Assembly (NCBI GenBank): GCA_951828515.1
Contig: OX639992.1
Coordinates: 1,352,439 to 1,416,438, forward strand
Direction: 5' to 3'
DNA length: 64,000 nucleotides
DNA from: an uncultured Poribacteria bacterium
GTDB taxonomy: Bacteria > Poribacteria > WGA-4E > WGA-3G
The notes beneath the pieces are model-generated. The model was not told where the DNA came from, did no database searches, and was given only the letters and a program-made list of their open reading frames with translations. Below, piece after piece: positions 29,083 to 37,448 of this stretch; the stretch's first letter is position 1, and each line of letters begins with the position of its first letter. A program made the position numbers and the translations under genes.

Positions 29083-31086
29083 CTACAGATAAGGTGTGAG
29101 ATCCCAGAGGTAGATCGCGCCGTCGTGTCCACCGCTTGCGAGAAGATTTCCGTCCTGAGAGAATGTAAAACACTGGACATCGGTAGTGTGCCCCCAGAAA
29201 GTGGTAATTTTTTCACCAGTCGCTACCTCCCACAAACAGATGGATACCTTTTTTAATCCACCTTTCCACCAAGCACCGGAAACCAAATACTCTCCGCACG
29301 GCGAAAAATGTAATGTAATAGATCTCTGGTTTTCCTCTAATTGTGGAATCGTCATAACGATTTTTCCGTCTGTTGCGTCCCACAAGACTATCTCGTTCCA
29401 CAGTCCACCAGCGATAATATCACCGTTTGGTGAAAACGCTATCCCGGTGTCAGACTCTCGATACGCTCCGCCTCTTGGTGGCGGATTTAAAGGAAGTTCA
29501 GCAATCTGTCTTCCCGTATCAACATCCCACAAACAGGCTTTCCAATCCCTTGACCTTGATATACTCGCAAGTCGTTCCCCATCTGGGCTAAACCTCAATC
29601 CAGTCGGGCTAAACCTCAATCCGTAAATAAATTCTTCATCGTTAATGACAGTAGGGTGCTTTTTCCAATCTTCGCTTTCCGTTACATTATTTAAGGTTGA
29701 TGGACGCTCCCAGATATGTATGTTGTCGTTCCTATCCGCGCTTGCGATCCGGTGTCCGGTAGGTGAAAACGCTTTTGCGCGACCTAAGCCTCCTTCCGGT
29801 CCTGGGAGTTTAGCAACAGGTTCGCTCTTGTCCACCTCCCACACGTTTAAGTTATCTCCATATACATTGACAGAAATAATTTTCCCGTCAGGCGCGCGAT
29901 AAACGTTACACGAGGTCCCGGGCAATTGCTCAACTTGTGGCCGGTATGAACGTCGACTCGCGACATCCCATAAAAGGACGTTATCACGCCAAAACCCAGC
30001 AGCAAGCGTCTTTTCGTCAGAGGAAAAGACCAATGTATCCATTGTAGGGATATGTCCATGAAGGGTTGAAAGGTTGTGAGTGTCGGTGTTACTACCCTTC
30101 GCCCAGATTTGGATCTCACTTTCGCTGGCAACTGCCAATCGTGCGCCACTCTCTGAAAAACATACATTTCTACTGTTCCCACGGTGTTCAAATTCGTCCA
30201 GTTTCTCATCCGTTTCTACATTCCAGATCTCAAGTTTGCGTTGAGAAACAGCAGCGGTCACCAGTTCACCTTCTGGAAGGAAGTATGGATACATCTGGGA
30301 TTCCCCATATTCTGAATGCGTCATCTCCAGTTGTCCACTTGTCACATCCCAGACATGTATTGTGCCGTGCCGACTACCGGCGGCAAGGAACCGCCCGCAC
30401 GGAGAAAAACAGAACCTTCTCACCCGCTCGGAATATCCCGTGATGTCGGCAACTTGTTTACCAGTTTCTACTTGCCAAACGGTAATCGAATCGCCGTCAC
30501 CGATATTCATACCCCTATTGCTACTGCTTTCGTCGCTGTTCTTACCCGCCAACAGGCTTAAATCCGGAGAAAAGCAAAGAGGATAGACATCGTAGGGATG
30601 CCGTATTTCCGTTTCTCTTACCTTCGTGCCAGTGTGTGGACACCAAACATGAATCTTCCTGTTTTTCATGCGGTAATTGGCAGCAACGAGGTGTTGTCCA
30701 TCTTCGGAAAAAACAGGTTGACAAATTCCTTGATTATCCAATCTTGACATCTGTGCTATGCAAATACCACTTTGAATGTCCCATATCTTTACCTCTTCAA
30801 CACAGGTGTCTGTGACAATCCGACGATTATCAGGTGAAAATGTGACAGAGTCAGTCATCCCACGTTCCGTGTCCCAAAGTGCAATCGGAGACAACGCAGG
30901 AAGTTCATATAACCAGAGACCTATTGATGTGCCGACTGCGAAGTACTGTTCGTCCGGTGAGAACGCCATGTCACGAATGCTGCCCTGTCCCAATCGGGCG
31001 ATTGCGCCTTCGGGGAGTGCCCAAGTCGTTACATCCTCACCCTCTACACTACGTGGTGCTGGGGCAAAAGAATTTCTATTTTCCAT
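29083..31086 (-). CDS. WD40-repeat protein (tandem paralogue)
   Basis: Same N-terminal motif and TFWGHTTDVQ C-terminal repeat. Confidence 0.9.
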   Translation of the reverse strand: MENRNSFAPAPRSVEGEDVTTWALPEGAIARLGQGSIRDMAFSPDEQYFAVGTSIGLWLYELPALSPIALWDTERGMTDSVTFSPDNRRIVTDTCVEEVKIWDIQSGICIAQMSRLDNQGICQPVFSEDGQHLVAANYRMKNRKIHVWCPHTGTKVRETEIRHPYDVYPLCFSPDLSLLAGKNSDESSSNRGMNIGDGDSITVWQVETGKQVADITGYSERVRRFCFSPCGRFLAAGSRHGTIHVWDVTSGQLEMTHSEYGESQMYPYFLPEGELVTAAVSQRKLEIWNVETDEKLDEFEHRGNSRNVCFSESGARLAVASESEIQIWAKGSNTDTHNLSTLHGHIPTMDTLVFSSDEKTLAAGFWRDNVLLWDVASRRSYRPQVEQLPGTSCNVYRAPDGKIISVNVYGDNLNVWEVDKSEPVAKLPGPEGGLGRAKAFSPTGHRIASADRNDNIHIWERPSTLNNVTESEDWKKHPTVINDEEFIYGLRFSPTGLRFSPDGERLASISRSRDWKACLWDVDTGRQIAELPLNPPPRGGAYRESDTGIAFSPNGDIIAGGLWNEIVLWDATDGKIVMTIPQLEENQRSITLHFSPCGEYLVSGAWWKGGLKKVSICLWEVATGEKITTFWGHTTDVQCFTFSQDGNLLASGGHDGAIYLWDLTPYL

Positions 31087-31344
31087 CAAAAACCTCCTGC
31101 AAGGTACTCGCAATCTGTCAATCAGGAGTAAGGTTGTCCATGTTGTTCGGAAAACTGGCTATACGCAAAGCCATTGATGGCAAAAGCAAAACAAGAGAAA
31201 GATGAAAACTTCCAACAAATATGTGCTTGCAAGCTTTACCGAAATAGTATATCATATATGTGTGAAAATTTAATCCTTTTCCCGCTTAGAAAACTAAAAA
31301 ATTACATAACACAGCGTGCCATAGAAGAAACAGGAAACCTCTTT

Positions 31345-31839
31345 ATGCGACATAACCTCTTCGTACCGAATAAAATGCCTTATGCCAAAGGAAAAAACCG
31401 TCCAGATGTACCGTGTATCCTATGTGCAATCGTCGAGAAAAATGATAAAGTCCAACGACTTGAGGTACATCGAACCGAACGCTTTACTATCTCGCTGAAT
31501 CTCTATCCTTACAGTCCGGGACATCTCTTAATTTTTCCGAATCGGCATGTGCTTGACGTACGGGAGTTGAATCAAGAAGAGGTTTGCGATCTTCACGAGC
31601 TCCAATGTCTCTGTTTCGAGGCACTGACACGCGCCTATCAGCCACGCGGCTTCAACGTTGGTTATAACATGGGTGATGCTTCGGGTGCAAGCATCCCGCA
31701 CTTCCATCTGCACGTTGTCCCCCGATATCCGCGTGAACTGGGATTCATGGACGTTATCGGTGGTGCGCGTATCATCATTGAAGATCCAAACGCCACACAG
31801 GAAAAACTTGTAAAGATATTTCAGGAATTGGCAATATAG
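31345..31839 (+). CDS. HIT family hydrolase (Ap4A phosphorylase-like)
   Basis: CILC, LNLYPYSPGHLL, GFNVGYN.G..SGASIPHFHLHVVPR. Confidence 0.9.
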   Translation: MRHNLFVPNKMPYAKGKNRPDVPCILCAIVEKNDKVQRLEVHRTERFTISLNLYPYSPGHLLIFPNRHVLDVRELNQEEVCDLHELQCLCFEALTRAYQPRGFNVGYNMGDASGASIPHFHLHVVPRYPRELGFMDVIGGARIIIEDPNATQEKLVKIFQELAI

Positions 31840-31949
31840 TTATTGGCTGTCGGCTGTCGGCTGTCAGTTATCGGTAAAGAGGGTTCTCTGTAACTATCCA
31901 CCTTGTCTTGGAATATGCCAAGAAAGGGTAGTTTGTTCCAAACCGCCCT

Positions 31950-32067
31950 TTATAGTAAAATCTACAATTACTTGGACATTACGGGGCGAGGATACAATCC
32001 TCGCCAGCGACAGTACGGGGTTTTGTGCATTGAACGACTGTTCACATATTTTCGGATTTTACTATAA
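31950..32067. mobile_element. MITE-like family A, divergent copy
   Basis: TTATAGTAAAATC...GATTTTACTATAA ends with hairpin GGCGAGGAT-ACA-ATCCTCGCC. Flanked by inverted heptamer repeats. Confidence 0.7.
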
Positions 32068-32111
32068 CTGACAACCAACAACTGATAACCACTCAAGAAA
32101 GGAAAAACAGA

Positions 32112-33326
32112 ATGAACAATCTCGCTTATGATCTCTTAGCTGAAACATTAGAGAAACAGGGAATTCAGGTAGAGACTATCAAAGCCCAACTCAAGGAACA
32201 GCACATCGAAACGCCATCATGGGGTTACGGTAATTCCGGCACTCGGTTCGGGGTCTTTGAACAACCCGGTGCCGCGCGAAATGCTGCCGAACGCTTAGAA
32301 GACGCAGCCACTGTTCACCGTTTCACCGGTATTGCTCCGACCGTTGCGCTCCATATTCCATGGGACAAGACAGACGACTGGAATGCATTGAAACAGTACG
32401 CCGCGGATGTTGGTATCGGCATCGGCGCGATCAATCCGAACGTCTTCCAGGATCAGGCGTATAAACTCGGAAGTGTCTGTAACCCGGATGCCGCTATCCG
32501 TCGACTCGCAATCGATCATATACTGGAGTGCGCTGACATCATGGAGAAAACAGGTTCCGATCTGCTCAGTTTGTGGTTCGCAGATGGCACCAATTTTCCC
32601 GGTCAGTCAAACTTCAGGAAACGCAAACAGTGGATGGAAACGGCATTAGCCGAGGTCTACGACGCGCTCCCCGATGCCACTCGTATGCTTATCGAGTATA
32701 AGTTCTTTGAACCTGCATTCTACCATACCGACCTCCCCGATTGGGGCACCGCCTATTTGATGGCAAGGAAACTCGGTGAGAAGGCACAAGTCCTCATCGA
32801 CTTGGGGCATCACCCGCAAGGCACGAATATTGAGTTCATTGTTGCCTATCTGATTGATGAAGGGAAACTCGGTGGATTCCACTTCAACTGCCGGAAATAC
32901 GCAGACGACGATCTGACAGTCGGCTCTATCAATCCACAGGAAGTCTTCCTGATTTATACCGAACTGGTCGCCGCAGAACTCGATCCCAATACGGAAACCG
33001 ACATCGCTTACATGATCGATCAGAGCCATAATCTGAAGCCGAAGGTGGAAGCGAGCATCCAATCCGTCTGCAATCTGCAGAAGGCATACACGAAGGCACT
33101 GCTCGTTGACCGCGAGGCACTCGCAGCCGCACAGGATACCGCCGATTTGGTTGAGGCAGAATCCATACTTCAACGCGCGTATGAAACGGATGTAAATCCG
33201 CTATTGGAACAGGTTCGCTTGGAGATGGGACGCGATCCACACCCGCTGACGGCGTATCGGAAGAGCGGTTACTATGAGAAAATTAGTGCGGCTCGTGTCG
33301 GTGGTGAAAGCCAAGGTTGGGCATAG
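32112..33326 (+). CDS. rhaI: L-rhamnose isomerase (RhaI, xylose-isomerase-like TIM barrel)
   Basis: [51 protein letters not shown]. Confidence 0.88.
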   Translation: MNNLAYDLLAETLEKQGIQVETIKAQLKEQHIETPSWGYGNSGTRFGVFEQPGAARNAAERLEDAATVHRFTGIAPTVALHIPWDKTDDWNALKQYAADVGIGIGAINPNVFQDQAYKLGSVCNPDAAIRRLAIDHILECADIMEKTGSDLLSLWFADGTNFPGQSNFRKRKQWMETALAEVYDALPDATRMLIEYKFFEPAFYHTDLPDWGTAYLMARKLGEKAQVLIDLGHHPQGTNIEFIVAYLIDEGKLGGFHFNCRKYADDDLTVGSINPQEVFLIYTELVAAELDPNTETDIAYMIDQSHNLKPKVEASIQSVCNLQKAYTKALLVDREALAAAQDTADLVEAESILQRAYETDVNPLLEQVRLEMGRDPHPLTAYRKSGYYEKISAARVGGESQGWA

Positions 33327-33329
33327 GGG

Positions 33330-34271
33330 ATGAAGATTAAAACCGGAATTATCGGTTCAGGGGGGATGGCACGCCACCATCTCACACGATTCGCTTCAAT
33401 TCCAGATGCCGAAGTCGTGGCGATCGTCTCCAGAAACGAACAGACAGGCACCCAACTCGCCAAAGAACACGAGACGGTCTTTATGCCTGAATGGGAGCGT
33501 CTGGTTGCGCGCGAAGATATAGACGGGGTCGTTATCTGCACGCATAACGACAGTCACGGTGAAATGGTGCTTGCGGCGTTGCAAGCGGATAAACATGTGT
33601 TTGTGGAATATCCACTCGCCAGTGATGTCGGTGAAGGAGAAGCGGCACTTCAGCTTGCTGAAAAGCGGGGTCGTGTCCTTCGGGTGTCGCATCCAGAGGC
33701 GGTTTCTAACACCCACAAAGCACTCAAGGACAAAATAGGTGAATTCGGGGATCTATTGCTCACCTCTTTTGTCCGTCTCACACCCGGTCGCGGTGCGCGT
33801 CCTGAAATTCTCTTCAATCTGCCGGTGTCGGGAACCCCTGCACACTTTTTCATCTACCATATCTATCCGATTGTGGATTTCTTCGGTGGTGCTGCGTCCG
33901 TTAAGAAAAATGCCGTCTACGAAGGATTAAAGGAGAACGGACAGTACGACGGGTTTGTTAATACACTCATTGTTGAATTCAAACGCGGCGGCATCGGACA
34001 GTGGACCTGGGCAGGTGGCATCGCGATTAACGCTGCCGAAGAACACGAGCGATACGTTCTCACCGACGGCACAATTAGTGATGCGGGTGGCGAGTGGCAT
34101 TGCACAACACCTTCCGGCGTGACACCACTCCTTATACCGGATTCACCGCAACTGACGCTTCAGGAACTGTGGTTCTCCGAGATCCGAGATGCTGCCGATC
34201 AACCACCATGTTTAGACGACGCTACGGTCGCGCTGGAAGCAATCCGTATCAGTCTTGGGTTTGAAGAATAA
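33330..34271 (+). CDS. Gfo/Idh/MocA family oxidoreductase
   Basis: GIIGSGGMA, KHVFVEYPLA. Confidence 0.85.
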   Translation: MKIKTGIIGSGGMARHHLTRFASIPDAEVVAIVSRNEQTGTQLAKEHETVFMPEWERLVAREDIDGVVICTHNDSHGEMVLAALQADKHVFVEYPLASDVGEGEAALQLAEKRGRVLRVSHPEAVSNTHKALKDKIGEFGDLLLTSFVRLTPGRGARPEILFNLPVSGTPAHFFIYHIYPIVDFFGGAASVKKNAVYEGLKENGQYDGFVNTLIVEFKRGGIGQWTWAGGIAINAAEEHERYVLTDGTISDAGGEWHCTTPSGVTPLLIPDSPQLTLQELWFSEIRDAADQPPCLDDATVALEAIRISLGFEE

Positions 34272-34602
34272 GTGTAGGATGGTGAAGATTTTCTGTCTCC
34301 AGAGGTTCAATTGAAAGTCTGCATCCGAATGCGTTAAGAATGGTTCTAAGCGTGTCAATCGTTAAAGCCTTGTCGCTTGATAGTTCTTCCGAGAGTACCT
34401 CCGGCTCAGTGTTAATTCTCTTGGCAAGTGCTGATACACCCCCCTCCGCCTCGGCAACGGTTTGGAGTGCCAATAGGACTACTCGCAGATCTCCAAAAGC
34501 TTGGTATTCTTCCATAATTGCTTGGAGATAGCCCTTTATCCGTTCCGGATCGGAAGCGAGGCGTTGAACCATGTATTCTCGCCATGTACCCGAATTTCTC
34601 AT
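34249..34602 (-). CDS. Addiction-module antidote (HI1420-like HTH)
   Basis: LLALQTVAEAEGGVSALAKR...TLRTILNAFGCRL. ATGA overlap with the toxin. Confidence 0.8.
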   Translation of the reverse strand: MRNSGTWREYMVQRLASDPERIKGYLQAIMEEYQAFGDLRVVLLALQTVAEAEGGVSALAKRINTEPEVLSEELSSDKALTIDTLRTILNAFGCRLSIEPLETENLHHPTLILQTQD

Positions 34603-34946
34603 CGTTGTGCCTCCTTATATTCTCGCCAATAGTTTTTTGCCCGTGCAATATCTTGTGCCTGTGACGATTTGGCACCTCCACAAAGTAGAAGAACAATCAT
34701 GTTATCTACCTCACCAAAATAAATACGGTAGCCTGGACCGAAGTGGAAACGTAGTTCAAAGACCCCACCGCTACCGCGAATAGGTTCACAATCGCCAAAA
34801 TTGCCTCCGCTTTCAATAGATTCAATTCGTGCAAGAATTCGGTCTTGTGTCCGTTGATCTCGGATGGATTCAACCCATTCGGTGAAAGGTTCGCTGCCGT
34901 TTGGAGTTCGGTAGCGTTGTATTTCTCGCGGATATGCCTCACGCAT
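34599..34946 (-). CDS. RelE/ParE-superfamily toxin (HI1419-like killer protein)
   Basis: PFTEW, GNFGDCEP, FELRFHFGPGYRIYF, LLLCGG.KSSQ..DI..A. Confidence 0.88.
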   Translation of the reverse strand: MREAYPREIQRYRTPNGSEPFTEWVESIRDQRTQDRILARIESIESGGNFGDCEPIRGSGGVFELRFHFGPGYRIYFGEVDNMIVLLLCGGAKSSQAQDIARAKNYWREYKEAQR

Positions 34947-35091
34947 GGTTAAATCTTAACTATTTATGTCTTTGTCCCGGAAGGTTGTGTTATCAGATTT
35001 CAGAACTATTAAGAATAAATTATTCTACCACACATTGCGGCTTTTGACAAATTATTTCTTTCCATGTCATCATTTCTGTATGTGAACATCG

Positions 35092-35871
35092 TTACGCTAA
35101 TGTTCGTTGAAACCACGCAACCGACCTGGCGACTACTGCTTGTTCCCAGACAACAGCATTGAAGGTATGGTCGGCTTTATCGACGATTTCAAGTTCCGTC
35201 AGAGCGTCGCGCCCGCGCATCAATTCGTGGTAGCGTCTGCCGTGGGAGACCGGCACGACATCATCGCCACTGCCGTGGATCACGAGGAGCGCGCCCGTAA
35301 ACTGCTGAATGGTAACGGAAGGGGATATGTTCGGGAGTTCTTCATAGAAGGCTTTCCCGACAATGTTTGGGTTTGCGAGTGCGATTTCCTCGGGTGTCGG
35401 TGCGTTTTTGGACCGCTCCAAAATTTCCTGTTTCCGGTCTGGCGGATCGTCCGAGAGCGGTGCCCACATCACCGTTGACTTCACACGTGCATCTTGCCCA
35501 GAGACACACGCCGCGACACAGCCTCCCATGCTCAATCCCAAAATCCCGATGCGTTCAGGGTCTACCCCTTGCATAGCGGTGAGAACGTCAATTGACTTGA
35601 TGGCATCGGAAATTTCGCCACCGATCGTCATCTCCGAGAAATCACCCGCGCTATCCCCGGAACCTCGAAAATCGAAGCGCAGCACATAGAACCCAATAGC
35701 GGCGAGTTCCCGTGCAGTTTTAACGAATATTCTGTGCGGTTCAACTTTCGTCCCCGTGAATCCGTGAAAAAAGACAACTGCCGGACAGGGTGCATCACAA
35801 CCTGTTGGAGAGTGCAGTATCCCGTTTAGTTGTTGTCCTTTGTTGTAAAATACTATTGGTCTTTCTATCAT
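35092..35871 (-). CDS. Alpha/beta hydrolase
   Basis: HGFTG, FDFRGSGDS, GLSMGG nucleophile elbow, HGSGDDVV, ADHTF. Confidence 0.9.
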   Translation of the reverse strand: MIERPIVFYNKGQQLNGILHSPTGCDAPCPAVVFFHGFTGTKVEPHRIFVKTARELAAIGFYVLRFDFRGSGDSAGDFSEMTIGGEISDAIKSIDVLTAMQGVDPERIGILGLSMGGCVAACVSGQDARVKSTVMWAPLSDDPPDRKQEILERSKNAPTPEEIALANPNIVGKAFYEELPNISPSVTIQQFTGALLVIHGSGDDVVPVSHGRRYHELMRGRDALTELEIVDKADHTFNAVVWEQAVVARSVAWFQRTLA

Positions 35872-35991
35872 ATTTTTCTCTTCCCTGAGCGAGGTTCACT
35901 CTCCGTTTGACGCTAAAGCCCGTCGGAAATCCTCTGGACTTTCTGCTAAGATTGCGGCGCGATGCAACTGCCTAAGGCGTTGGGGGTCCTC

Positions 35992-36136
35992 AAATGTTAC
36001 GTTTTTATAACATTTTTAAATTGGCATTTCTGTGGGCGTTTCGGTTGAGAATCCACGGGTAGCGTGGGTTTCTTGAGTGTTTCTCCTGTGGCAACTCTCT
36101 GTTAAAAAAAATAATTTGGTGAAAAGTGTAACATTT
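35992..36136. mobile_element. MITE-like family D (TIR AAATGTTAC / GTAACATTT)
   Basis: Same ends as 40861-40992. Confidence 0.55.
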
Positions 36137-36225
36137 TTCATTTTTTCGTCTGAATCGTGGATTATCTCGGATTACACCGATGACGCGGATTTTTGGGATT
36201 CTTCCCGTCAAGCCTATGGGTCCAT

Positions 36226-37446
36226 CTAAAAGAAATCGCTTTCTTGAAGAGATTCTGCTGCAAATATTGTCAAGCATAATTCTTCGTTGAAAAGTTCATA
36301 GATAGGTATTTTTCCGCTCAAGTGTTCACTTTCGTTTAGAATGATGCCGACACCTTCCCCACGTCCTTCTAAAAAGTGTCTCCGCTTTACTTGACTTCCT
36401 ACATCGTCATCTAAAGTAATTTCCGACAGTAAACGTGCTAAGAGTTCATTACGCGTGGCTTGGCTATAACGTAATTTATCAATTGTTACAGTATTTGCTA
36501 ATGCCCCTGGGGAATATAACTCAAGCCGGTCAGCAAACATGAACAGCCGTATTTTTGAGCCGTATTTTGAATAATCTCTATGCACAACTGCGTTAACAAC
36601 TGCCTCGAATACAGCGCGCAGACTGTATTGGGGTTGGTCTATCCTGCCAATTTCCTTACGCGCTGATACCTTGTTGTGTTTTTGAACAAATTTAAAGGCA
36701 TCTACAATCTGTTGGTCAAGTGGTCCCCTAAAATCTTTTGCATCTATCTGGTAGTTGGCATCTTTTTTTTTACCACTATAGTAAACGGCTTGAATAAAAC
36801 TGTTATATAGGTAATCATCAGGTGTGTCGTAACACATCAAAACACCAGCTACAGAAGCCCGAGTTTCACGCCCCTCTCTAACGAGTAAACTTCTTTTCAG
36901 GAGTAGGTCTTCTATATCATCTTCAGAGGCATCTTCTGTGATGAATCGTTGATAGAGGTGTTCTCTTAATGTGCCCTTATATGTATTAGGGACGAACTGT
37001 TCATTAAATGCAATAATCCTTGCTTGGGAACGGCTCTGTAATATCCGCGCTAATTGCTCAGTAGACATCTCCCTTTTGCTGCTCCCCTGTCTTGTGAAAT
37101 AACCGTTAGACGTTTTGTGTACAAAAAGGCTCCTCGGCACCTCTATTTTCAGTAAGTTTTTGTCATCAATCCGTAATTTCTCTGTGAAAGTGGGAACGGT
37201 GGGTTCAATGCTGTCATTGCATATTTCAACAACCGTTTTTTCTACACTATCCAATTTCTGCAGTTCAATTCCGACGATTTCTCTATCGTCGTCAATACCG
37301 ATGAGTATCATCCCGCCTTGGGTGTTCGCAAATGCTGCGATCTCGTCAGCAAGACTATTTTTGTGAGGCATCTCCCTTTTGAATTCAATCGTTGAGTCTT
37401 CACCAAGCATAATTTTTTCAAGAAGTTCGGTTAGACTGTAATACAT
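36226..37446 (-). CDS. Schlafen/AlbA_2 + HATPase_c_4 domain protein
   Basis: EDSTIEFKRE, EIAAFANTQGGMILIGIDD, EAVVNAVVHRDY, LELYSPGAL, TRNELLARLL, EGRGEGV. Confidence 0.85.
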   Translation of the reverse strand: MYYSLTELLEKIMLGEDSTIEFKREMPHKNSLADEIAAFANTQGGMILIGIDDDREIVGIELQKLDSVEKTVVEICNDSIEPTVPTFTEKLRIDDKNLLKIEVPRSLFVHKTSNGYFTRQGSSKREMSTEQLARILQSRSQARIIAFNEQFVPNTYKGTLREHLYQRFITEDASEDDIEDLLLKRSLLVREGRETRASVAGVLMCYDTPDDYLYNSFIQAVYYSGKKKDANYQIDAKDFRGPLDQQIVDAFKFVQKHNKVSARKEIGRIDQPQYSLRAVFEAVVNAVVHRDYSKYGSKIRLFMFADRLELYSPGALANTVTIDKLRYSQATRNELLARLLSEITLDDDVGSQVKRRHFLEGRGEGVGIILNESEHLSGKIPIYELFNEELCLTIFAAESLQESDFF

Positions 37447-37448
37447 GA

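Noticed and set aside
19959-31086. Diversity-generating retroelement acting on repeat proteins
   Set aside because: No reverse transcriptase, and no TR/VR pair differing only at adenines was seen.
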